From: a virus
Lineage: Duplodnaviria > Caudoviricetes
Length of the DNA stretch: 64,000 nt
IMG/VR virus record: IMGVR_UViG_3300028909_000001
Strand: one strand, 5' to 3'
In this document: one piece after another, positions 53,685-62,305 of the stretch
How the letters are laid out: every line of letters starts with the position of its first letter
Position numbering within the stretch: the first letter of the stretch is position 1
Made by a program: the position numbers and the translations under genes
Notes under the pieces: model-generated
Databases searched by the model: none
Seen by the model: only the letters and a program-made list of their open reading frames with translations
Told to the model about the DNA's origin: nothing

Positions 53685-55071
53685 GCCAGGCTAGGAATGA
53701 GGGTTGGAATAAGGCCCCACTTCTCATCTGCTTACTATATCTTACATTAGCTACTCGTCCTAAATAATCTTTAGGATTGTTGTATATATCTTTTCTAGTA
53801 GCATCAGTCAATCCACTCGCAACCTCACCTACTACTTTACTTTTAGGTGTTAAAGAATATTTAACTGCACCCACTCCTTTATTCTTCAATCTACCCTTAC
53901 CTTCAGAAAATCCTCTAGCATATACATCTCTTTCAATAAAGTTCTTCAATTTAAAAGGCTCATTATTTTTTCTAGACCAGGCTACCACACCCTCACTAGT
54001 CAACTTATTCTTACCTTTAGCTATATCCTGTATCTTCTTAACTACATTTTCTCTATCTAGATACGGTACTTCTTCAAATTTATCTTTAGGTAGGTGTTGT
54101 AGTATCTCTTGTATTTTAGCTCTTCTATTATCTGGGCCACCTTTAAATCCTACTATATCAAATATGGCAGCTTTAAGTTTTATCTTTTCCTTCTTCTGTG
54201 TATTTAATGACTTCTCAGTACTAGAATTAAGCAGCCCACCTAAAGTTTGTTCAGGTATAGCTTCACCATTTCTAATACCATATAGTTCACCTCTCAATAT
54301 AGTACCAACCAATTCATCTGGTATATCCAAGTCTTGTTTATCTAGTCCGAACATTTTAAGAGTATGTATTATAGGCCTCCCAGTCTTACTAACTCTATAA
54401 GATACTACATCTACACTATTTTTATTAAGTCTAAACAAGTTCGAAGCCCCACTCAATTTAGCTGAGATTAGATGTGTCTTAGATAGTTCTTTTAAGTCTG
54501 GATTAGTTAGAGACTTCATTTTTAATTTATTCAATGCTTCTGGATTCTTAATATACTTCTTAGCATTGGTAGGACTTGTATTTAATGCCAACCAGTTTTT
54601 ACCTTTAGTATTGATTAAGGAGAACTGTTCAGGAAACTTTCTATGTAATAAGGTGAAGTTAATCTTTTTAGGTTCAGCTTTAGTTACAATAGCACTGCCT
54701 GATTCATTGGTGGTTACTTTTCCAGCCCCATATCCACTTTTAATCTCTCCTCGAAAATCTGCATATTCTCTAGTATGTAAAGGTTGTTGGATAAATAACC
54801 TCTTCTCTCCAGGTTTAGGTAGTCCATGTTTAGATACAAAACTATGGAGTTCTTTATCTCCTAATCTAATATCATGGTGAAATCCAGCCTTCCTAGCATA
54901 ATGATTTTGAACAACGAACTTAAGCTTTTTATAGAGTGGAATATCTTTTACATTTCCATAGTTGTTTCTATCTTTAATTCCAGGAGCAAAATCAGCTAGC
55001 TTAGTATAAAGAGGAACTCCACCAAATTTGGTGGAGTTCTTTATTATATCTCTTAGTACTTCAAAACTCAT
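53671..55071 (-). CDS. LigD-type 3'-phosphoesterase fused to an ATP-dependent ligase-like domain and OB fold
   Basis: FVVQNHYARKAGFHHDIRL..HTREY..GYGAG (PE domain); AKLSG, LRGELY, AAIFDI, SEGVV, KLK (nucleotidyltransferase motifs); EVASGLTD..ALFQPSF (OB fold). Confidence 0.8.
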   Translation of the reverse strand: MSFEVLRDIIKNSTKFGGVPLYTKLADFAPGIKDRNNYGNVKDIPLYKKLKFVVQNHYARKAGFHHDIRLGDKELHSFVSKHGLPKPGEKRLFIQQPLHTREYADFRGEIKSGYGAGKVTTNESGSAIVTKAEPKKINFTLLHRKFPEQFSLINTKGKNWLALNTSPTNAKKYIKNPEALNKLKMKSLTNPDLKELSKTHLISAKLSGASNLFRLNKNSVDVVSYRVSKTGRPIIHTLKMFGLDKQDLDIPDELVGTILRGELYGIRNGEAIPEQTLGGLLNSSTEKSLNTQKKEKIKLKAAIFDIVGFKGGPDNRRAKIQEILQHLPKDKFEEVPYLDRENVVKKIQDIAKGKNKLTSEGVVAWSRKNNEPFKLKNFIERDVYARGFSEGKGRLKNKGVGAVKYSLTPKSKVVGEVASGLTDATRKDIYNNPKDYLGRVANVRYSKQMRSGALFQPSFLAWHESK

Positions 55072-55214
55072 TTAATATATTGTTTAAGCCAACCAGCCCT
55101 CTTATTATATAGTTTGTTAGTGAAGTTATTATCTATACCTAATTCTGCAGCAGCTTTGAAGAAACCAGCTTTGAATGCTATTTTTATTTTATTTTCTTTA
55201 ACTGACTTATTCAT
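55068..55214 (-). CDS. Small protein consisting almost only of the GFxKxA module (48 aa; below the ORF-track cutoff)
   Basis: Manually translated MNKSVKENKIKIAFKAGFFKAAAELGIDNNFTNKLYNKRAGWLKQYIK; ATGA overlap with the ligase start. Confidence 0.7.
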   Translation of the reverse strand: MNKSVKENKIKIAFKAGFFKAAAELGIDNNFTNKLYNKRAGWLKQYIK

Positions 55215-55219
55215 AGAGT

Positions 55220-55882
55220 TTAACCCATCCTTGCACCAATCATATCACCAAAAGGCAAAGCAGTGAGATAAGGATGTTCATTCTTCATTTTAAGTGCCCT
55301 ATGTTGTGATTCATTAGTAGTATTATTTGTAATATATTTGTTTATTGCACCACCCAAACCTCCGCCCAAACCTCCAACCAAACCTCCAACACCAGTACCA
55401 ATTAAGGCTCCTACTCCACCATTCATTAGCATTTCTTTTGTGTTTAGTATTTCGGGGTCAGGCCCAACGTGGCTACCTGCATATCCACCAATAGCAGCAC
55501 CAGCAAGACCACCTAATAGTGCCATAGGTTTTGCCCATTGTTTAGCACTATGCCATGTATTTTCACCCGTTGTCCTTGCCTTCATATCTTGCAAACTTTG
55601 ATTCATCCTTTTCCCTCGTTCATCTTTTTTACCTAAGAAACGGCTGGCGAACATTTCTGGGGTACCTAACAAACTAACATAAGGAACAGAACCTAACATC
55701 ATACCAGGAACTGATCTAGCTGGATTATCTACATATGTTTGCGCAGCTATAGCTTTTTGGGCAAAGTATCTACCTAACCCAGAAGATTCAGCTAATTTGA
55801 GTAGTTCTCCTGTCTGTAATAGATTTAATCCATTATCGATAGCAGCTTTAATGAAACCGTATTTAAAAGATTCTTCATTCAT
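55220..55882 (-). CDS. Glycine-zipper protein with N-terminal GFIKAA module
   Basis: FKYGFIKAAIDNG..LLKLAE; ALLGGLAGAAIGG and GALIGTGVGGLVGGLGGGLGG. Confidence 0.7.
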   Translation of the reverse strand: MNEESFKYGFIKAAIDNGLNLLQTGELLKLAESSGLGRYFAQKAIAAQTYVDNPARSVPGMMLGSVPYVSLLGTPEMFASRFLGKKDERGKRMNQSLQDMKARTTGENTWHSAKQWAKPMALLGGLAGAAIGGYAGSHVGPDPEILNTKEMLMNGGVGALIGTGVGGLVGGLGGGLGGAINKYITNNTTNESQHRALKMKNEHPYLTALPFGDMIGARMG

Positions 55883-55885
55883 AAC

Positions 55886-58444
55886 TTACTGATTCATTAA
55901 AATAGTATTAAGTAGAATATCATCAGTTAGCTTACCTTGTTCATTAATGTAGTTTAAACTAGCTAGCTGATACTCCGCATACTTCTTTGCAAATTCCAGG
56001 TCACATGCTTCTTTAGTAGGTTCTTGTTCTTCTCTCTTAATATTCCCACTACCACAAATTACAATCATTAGTCTTCTAACTACTGGACCTTCTTTCAAAC
56101 TATGCCCTTCCTCCAAACCTTTAACCGTCTTATCCAAATCATGAGGAGTATGAGTATGCAGGCTAGGATCAAATGTTTCAGAGTTTACAGCCTTATCATT
56201 ATCCAGCTTATTATAGATATGAGGTAAATGTGTCTTCATTCCTTCTACTCGCTCAGGCTTAACCTTATCATCAAACACATATCTACTAAAATCCTCAGGC
56301 TTTAAAACTATTCCATGATCTGCCAATGTCTTCAATACAGTACCTGGATCTAGTTTACGTAATGAATCTATGCTATTACTATCTATATTAGGAGTATGCT
56401 TAAGTTTATGTCCATGTTCCTTAATAAACTTATCCTTACTAGTAACTGGATTACCTTTAGTTACAGCATCCACATACTTTTCTAATTCTGCTAATTTCGT
56501 TAGTAATTCCCTTTTATCCGAAGCTTTCTTACTAATCATTAATTCATCAGGTATATAAATATCACTGTATAGATTAAGGAAGTGAGAGGGAGGAAGTGGT
56601 TTATAAGTTAAATCTGACGCTAGTTTGGATAAGCTCATACCAATCCTGTCAGCAGGTCTACGTACATAACTAATCTCAAACCATCTAGGGTCCGGAGTAT
56701 TAATCATTCGGCACATTTCACCCTCTTTATTAATTTCTCCTAAATGATTCTTAACGCAATCACATCTATCATTCTCTGTTTTAGCTCTATGACCACACCA
56801 AGAGCATAGGTCAGAGGCCATTTTTGCAGCCATACTCCAATTCGTATTACCTGTTCGTTCTTGCTCATCTAGAATATCTGCACATTTATCTCTATCCAAT
56901 CCTACTACTAATTCTATTCTACGCATCTTGTCATTATAAGCTGAAGCTTTTATAGTTCCATACTTAGGATCATTTGGTTTATTTTGATGATGCCTATGCA
57001 CAGCTCTTTTACTATCAGAGAAATAATGATGATTTTTGATACAATCCTTCTCTAAAAAGCAATCGCCGTTGCGATTGCTATTATGTACTTGGATGTCCAC
57101 TACATATGTATTATCTTCTTCAACTTCTAGATTATACTTTATTGTATCTTCTATTTCAGATAGTTCAACCAGTCCAACTTGTAATACTAAATGATTACTA
57201 CTAATCCAAGATCTACCTGCAAGATATTTTGGTTGTTTACTTGATGGAGCTAGTCGAAGAGTATATTGTAGTATTTTATTCGAATGACAACTCCCAACCC
57301 CTACAGTATAAATAACATGGTCAGTTTTTCCAAAGCATCCATTAGAGTGTTTATTCATTCCTTTATAAACATTCGAAGTTATACCACAAGAAGCCAATAA
57401 CCGATGTAAATCATAAGCTAGATTTCTAGAAGCTGTGGAGGCTGACATTGAACCTATATATCTGGCTGCTCCATTTGAATCAGGTCCTATAACATGTCCA
57501 TCACCATCAAAATAAGCAGCTAAGAACTTAAGTTTCCACTCAATAGATTGCTGGAATATTATAGGTGATAAGAATTTTATAGTGGAATGACAACCAAATA
57601 GTTTTAGGCATTGTTGGGCTTTTTCATAATTTTGGAACGAAAATCTTCTGCCATATTCACTAGTAAATGATTTTTGAATACTAGTTTCGGCCCCATTCAG
57701 TTTCTTTATAATAGATTGGATCTTATCAATACAAGGCTGATCCCCAACCGCCATAGTAAACAGGATTTTTGTATACTCACCACAATGACTTCTATCTTCT
57801 CTATATTCTTTCGCCAAACATCCTTCAGCTAAGTAATAACCAAACAAATAAGCATCATCTTCAGAAAATACTTCTTTTTTATCTTCATTATCTATATTAA
57901 TAGGAGTTAATACATAATCTCCAGGTTTAATCTCACTAGCTGGAATATAGGGGGCTTTGCTTATAATATCATCCAATACATCTTTGGGATTCACACCATC
58001 ATCTAATAATGAAGGACAGCGATGTTTAGTTCTAAAATCTACAGCTTTAATTACTTGTATAGGATGATTATCAGTGCATTCTATTCTATCACACAGACTA
58101 ACAATATCTAATGATACTTTAACTCCACTAAAATCATTTTCGTAGGTTTTTAGCACTTTTCTATATCTGCCTTTATGTGTAAGTACTAAATCTCCAACTT
58201 TTATATCTTCTATAGGTTTTATACCATTGATAGTTTGTACTGGTGCTCCTTTAAAGAAACATCCTGTACCTTCATATGATCCTACAGCAATTATATGCAA
58301 ATCCTCTTGATTTGGAGTCTTTTCGTACTTCAATAATGATTTAGCAGAAGCCCTCTTCTTTAACTCTTTGCCTGAGTCTTTTAAAAGCACCACACTTTCA
58401 CAATCAAAATCAAAGTCATTATTACCAGTAAATTTAAGAATCAT
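55886..58444 (-). CDS. Probable prohead protease interrupted by an intein
   Basis: Spliced product reads HIIAVGSYEGTG|SNRNGDCF..HRHH..WSMA..FEISYV..PAD, a herpes-assemblin/HK97-protease-like pattern; lies upstream of scaffold and capsid genes. Confidence 0.65.
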   Translation of the reverse strand: MILKFTGNNDFDFDCESVVLLKDSGKELKKRASAKSLLKYEKTPNQEDLHIIAVGSYEGTGCFFKGAPVQTINGIKPIEDIKVGDLVLTHKGRYRKVLKTYENDFSGVKVSLDIVSLCDRIECTDNHPIQVIKAVDFRTKHRCPSLLDDGVNPKDVLDDIISKAPYIPASEIKPGDYVLTPINIDNEDKKEVFSEDDAYLFGYYLAEGCLAKEYREDRSHCGEYTKILFTMAVGDQPCIDKIQSIIKKLNGAETSIQKSFTSEYGRRFSFQNYEKAQQCLKLFGCHSTIKFLSPIIFQQSIEWKLKFLAAYFDGDGHVIGPDSNGAARYIGSMSASTASRNLAYDLHRLLASCGITSNVYKGMNKHSNGCFGKTDHVIYTVGVGSCHSNKILQYTLRLAPSSKQPKYLAGRSWISSNHLVLQVGLVELSEIEDTIKYNLEVEEDNTYVVDIQVHNSNRNGDCFLEKDCIKNHHYFSDSKRAVHRHHQNKPNDPKYGTIKASAYNDKMRRIELVVGLDRDKCADILDEQERTGNTNWSMAAKMASDLCSWCGHRAKTENDRCDCVKNHLGEINKEGEMCRMINTPDPRWFEISYVRRPADRIGMSLSKLASDLTYKPLPPSHFLNLYSDIYIPDELMISKKASDKRELLTKLAELEKYVDAVTKGNPVTSKDKFIKEHGHKLKHTPNIDSNSIDSLRKLDPGTVLKTLADHGIVLKPEDFSRYVFDDKVKPERVEGMKTHLPHIYNKLDNDKAVNSETFDPSLHTHTPHDLDKTVKGLEEGHSLKEGPVVRRLMIVICGSGNIKREEQEPTKEACDLEFAKKYAEYQLASLNYINEQGKLTDDILLNTILMNQ
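57080..58261 (-). mobile_element. Intein (394 aa) with LAGLIDADG homing endonuclease
   Basis: Starts C62 (CFFKGAPV..IEDIKVGDLVLTH), ends YNLEVEEDNTYVVDIQVHN, +1 residue Ser; LAGLIDADG helices YLFGYYLAEG and FLAAYFDGDG. Confidence 0.93.
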
Positions 58445-58448
58445 GATA

Positions 58449-59072
58449 TTACTTTAAATTAGCTGCATTCTCTCTTACCGCATTAAGATTGTTAACATCG
58501 TTATATCTTTCATCTTGCAGCCCATATTCATGTAGCCCACTAGATAATCCATAACCTAAACCTGCACCTAACAAACCTTTAAATGATAACGTCTTTGTAG
58601 GATACTTGCCAAATTTGAGTTCTGGAGGAGCACCTTTATATTTGGCATACCAATGATCTGGATATTTTTCTGTATCTATTTGTTTTCTAGCATATTGTGA
58701 TAGTCCAGGTAACACTGCCCCTCCACCCAATGAACTTAGTCCTGGATGTCCTGCCACCCAATCTAAACCACTATGTATCATGCCTTTCTGTTCTGTAGGT
58801 TTAGGAGTAGAAGCAGGGTTAAGCAAATCACCTAACCCAGCAGAAGGATCATGTGATGCTTCTGGATCTAAATAATCTTTGGCAGCGCGCATACCTCCAC
58901 CAGTAACACCACCTAAAGCACCACCTAATAGCATACTCTTTAACAAACTTCTTTTCTTGTGTTCTTCTGGAGATAGTAGATTAGCAGCACCCATACCAAC
59001 TGCTCCAATTCCAGCACCTACACCTGCACTACTACCCAAACCTTTAAGTAAATCGATTGTTTGTTGGTCCAT
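58449..59072 (-). CDS. Glycine-zipper protein
   Basis: GVGAGIGAVGMGAA, MLLGGALGGVTGGG, GLLGAGLGYGLSSG. Confidence 0.7.
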   Translation of the reverse strand: MDQQTIDLLKGLGSSAGVGAGIGAVGMGAANLLSPEEHKKRSLLKSMLLGGALGGVTGGGMRAAKDYLDPEASHDPSAGLGDLLNPASTPKPTEQKGMIHSGLDWVAGHPGLSSLGGGAVLPGLSQYARKQIDTEKYPDHWYAKYKGAPPELKFGKYPTKTLSFKGLLGAGLGYGLSSGLHEYGLQDERYNDVNNLNAVRENAANLK

Positions 59073-59076
59073 AAAA

Positions 59077-59442
59077 TTAAATTACAGTAATAAATTCATT
59101 GCTGAAGTTATCTGTGGTAGATCTCAATGTAGTTATAGCACTAGTAATTCTAGTAACCATTGTAGTTCTATATAAGTCTAGATTAGCCTCTACAGTAACA
59201 TCAAATGGTACAGTTCCTGAGAATGAAATACAGACTGGGAAATCGTTAGGGAAGTCATAGTAATTACTAGGCATAGTATACATTTGAGTTCCATTAGTAA
59301 AAGAGCCACCAAAATCTATACTAGGTTGCCCAAATTTCCTGACTAACAAATAATCTGTATCACTAATGCTTTCAGGATCAATAGTGAATAGAAACTTAAA
59401 GTTATCATTTACTATTTGTTGTTGTACTCTTAGTTTAGCCAT
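59077..59442 (-). CDS. Hypothetical head-module protein
   Basis: 121 aa, in the operon. Confidence 0.7.
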   Translation of the reverse strand: MAKLRVQQQIVNDNFKFLFTIDPESISDTDYLLVRKFGQPSIDFGGSFTNGTQMYTMPSNYYDFPNDFPVCISFSGTVPFDVTVEANLDLYRTTMVTRITSAITTLRSTTDNFSNEFITVI

Positions 59443-59478
59443 AAATTTGTTATATAGTTAAGAAGCACTCTTCTTTCA

Positions 59479-60870
59479 TTATTCCCCTGCTACTGGATTA
59501 GGAGGCGGTTGTAGTCCTCTTTGTAGTTGATGTTGCTTAAATAAACCTGTATTCGCCTTAATTAAGTCAGCTGCCTCAAATGGTGAAATGGCCTGACTCG
59601 CACCAGCTTGTCTAAGGAATGCTCTAGTAATTTCCTTCTCACTACTTAATTCTGGAGCAATTCTAAGCATTTGTTGGTAAGCATCTACTACATGATGAGT
59701 AGGAAACTTACTTATAATAGGATCAGTAGCTACAAGTTCTTGTAGTAATAATGCTCTATCCCTGTTCGCTTCAGGAGTATTAGTACTGGCACTCAATTCT
59801 GGTTTACCTTGTTTATCCTTATAACCTGAAAAGCTTTTAGTTATATTCATGAGGTCAATTGCAGACTTAATTCTACTATCAAACTCCTCCTCTACCGCAG
59901 CTTTCTTTTCAGCAATACAAGTCATAACCGGATCTTCAGGGTCAGCCTTGGCAATCTTACTTCTTTCTGCCTTGATAGATGCATCGACCTGGGCTAACAA
60001 AGAATCAGTATCTGCTATCTTTTCTATATCTTGTTTAAACAATCCTTTAAAATAACTCTGTTCAAAATTAAGGTTATAGGCTGCATCTTCTGACTTTACG
60101 GTAGCTTCTTTAAGATATGTTACACTATTAATAAACTTATCATATAGTTCAGTTTCATTACATAGTGCAGCTAATTTAATGTTGGAATCATGAACACCTC
60201 TTTCTTCTTTTAGATTAGAGGTTTTATATAACAAATCCAAATATCCATTACTAGCATTACCATACTTACTAAATACGCTAGTTTCAAATTCATGCCAGGC
60301 AGATCTACAATCATTACTCTCAGCGAATTTTCTAAGTATATTGCAGAAGTTTTTATTTACTTCAAATTCAGCATCTAATCTATCTGCTTCAGCATCATAG
60401 GCTTGTTTTTGTAATTTACTAATATATTTTACACTCTTATCATAAGCACCAGATTTACTTAATTCATTTTTACCTACATCTTCAGTAAGTATTAGTTTAG
60501 CATAAGCTTCTTTATAAGGTCCTGGCTCCAAATATCTTGCAAATTTAGGAGCAGTTTCTTGGATTTGAAAAGAAGAGAATAGTTCTGATTCCAATTCTGA
60601 GGCAGTCTTTTCTTTTCCGCTATATATATCTTCAGCAACTTTGGCTGCATCAACTATGGGAAAATCATCAGCTTTTGAGTCTGGATGCTTCTTAAAGTGA
60701 TCATAGTGCAAAGCTACATTAATAGCTTCACAACTACGCTTAATAAAGTTATGATTAAGTTCCAGTGATTTAGCAACCTTAGTAGCTGCTTCTTGAGGTG
60801 GAGTACCAGTATTTATCTCAGTAACTATCTCATGGACTGCAAATTTTACCAATTCTTCAGGTGTGCGCAT
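59479..60870 (-). CDS. Large helical head-module protein with K-x-A motifs
   Basis: 463 aa; EKTAS, EKIAD, EKKAA; C-terminal ATDPII..QMLRIAPE..RAFLRQ domain. Confidence 0.7.
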   Translation of the reverse strand: MRTPEELVKFAVHEIVTEINTGTPPQEAATKVAKSLELNHNFIKRSCEAINVALHYDHFKKHPDSKADDFPIVDAAKVAEDIYSGKEKTASELESELFSSFQIQETAPKFARYLEPGPYKEAYAKLILTEDVGKNELSKSGAYDKSVKYISKLQKQAYDAEADRLDAEFEVNKNFCNILRKFAESNDCRSAWHEFETSVFSKYGNASNGYLDLLYKTSNLKEERGVHDSNIKLAALCNETELYDKFINSVTYLKEATVKSEDAAYNLNFEQSYFKGLFKQDIEKIADTDSLLAQVDASIKAERSKIAKADPEDPVMTCIAEKKAAVEEEFDSRIKSAIDLMNITKSFSGYKDKQGKPELSASTNTPEANRDRALLLQELVATDPIISKFPTHHVVDAYQQMLRIAPELSSEKEITRAFLRQAGASQAISPFEAADLIKANTGLFKQHQLQRGLQPPPNPVAGE

Positions 60871-60922
60871 AAAAGTGTTTGTTATATCTATATTAATATG
60901 TTATATAATTCTAGTCAATTCA

Positions 60923-61993
60923 TTAAGGCTTTACCTCCAACACATCTACATATGAAGGATATTTGCCTGGATTCTCTAATAACATCATTTCTCTTAAGTT
61001 TTCCATTAAAGTATTATCTTCTACGGTAAGACTTACAGTTTCATTGATACCCAACTCTTTTTCTATTCTTTGAGCATTCAACCTCATTACTGCAGCCCTT
61101 TGTTCAAGTTCAAGTCTGTGTAGATTAGCATTAACATAACCTACTACAGAATTATTAAAGATAACTGATTCTTTAAGACTAGTTATGGCAAATCTCTGAT
61201 CCATTAAGTTATCCACACCTGCTCCAGCTAAATAAGACTTAACCTCATCCCTTTCATCTTCAGTTAATACTTGATGTCCCAATATACTTCTTAAACCCAG
61301 TTCTCCTAAATCATAAATACGCTTAAATGCATGATAATCAGCATCATCTATCTCTTTATTATTGGCTAATTGTCTTAAGCAACTATATTGAACTAACTTA
61401 TCTTTAGGCCAGCCAGAATAGTCAAAGAATATTAATCTTAAAGCTTCTATGAATTTAACTGGCTTATACCATTGTTTAGCTAGTTCTATATCTGTTTTAT
61501 TACCATATATACTATAATTTAACCATTTACAATTAGTCTCATTAGTCTTGGTTTTATAGAACTTTATAGCTTCTGAAATATACTCATTAGCTTCATAGTT
61601 ATAGCAATGAAAGATAAGTTTTTGAACATAATCGTCATTAATCTTTTTAACCTTATTAATGTTCCAGTTAATCATCCCTGCCCGGTTATTATTGAAAGTA
61701 ACTTTTCTAACCCTATTATTAAAGTATCTTTTATCCCAAACTTTTATAAGTTGTTGATAAAGTAAGGCTGGAAGCTTGTTATATAATTGTTTAATATATA
61801 TAGGTAGATCATAAGAATCTACAGGAACGATACCATTAGAAATTAAACGCTTTAAATTGCCTGAGTTAACACCGGGCTGGGAACAGAACTTTTCAAATCC
61901 AAATCGTTCAGGGTAAAAAGCTAATTGATATCTCCAGGAAGGGGATTGAAACTGAGTCCCCATCTTGCTGATTGGAACTATAGGTAAAAGCAT
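60923..61993 (+). CDS. Hypothetical protein (only + strand gene in the morphogenesis block)
   Basis: 356-aa ORF filling the gap exactly; helical with an acidic/coiled C-terminus. Confidence 0.75.
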
Positions 61994-62016
61994 GATTACT
62001 ATCTGATTCCATCTAA

Positions 62017-62304
62017 TTAAATACTAAATGGTTTATTATTTAGATTTGGAACTACTCCCGGTACTTGAGATATTGGATTTTGTTGTCTGAACTGGGAGAG
62101 TAATTGGTAGAAAGGGAGTTGTTGTGCTCCTGATTGATTTTGTGGTTGTGAAGGTTGAGCTGGTCTAGTAGCTTGAGGTCCTGGTTGATTCATTGCAGGG
62201 TTAGGTTGTGACATATTACTCATTGCACCTAAAGCCGGAATTTGACCACCTTCTCCTAACGCTGCTTTTATAAAACCATTAATATATGCATCTTCTATTG
62301 TCAT
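62017..62304 (-). CDS. Gln/Pro-rich small protein with GFIKAA module
   Basis: Start moved to ATG 62304 (1 nt after the upstream stop); MTIEDAYINGFIKAALGEG. Confidence 0.65.
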   Translation of the reverse strand: MTIEDAYINGFIKAALGEGGQIPALGAMSNMSQPNPAMNQPGPQATRPAQPSQPQNQSGAQQLPFYQLLSQFRQQNPISQVPGVVPNLNNKPFSI

Positions 62305-62305
62305 A

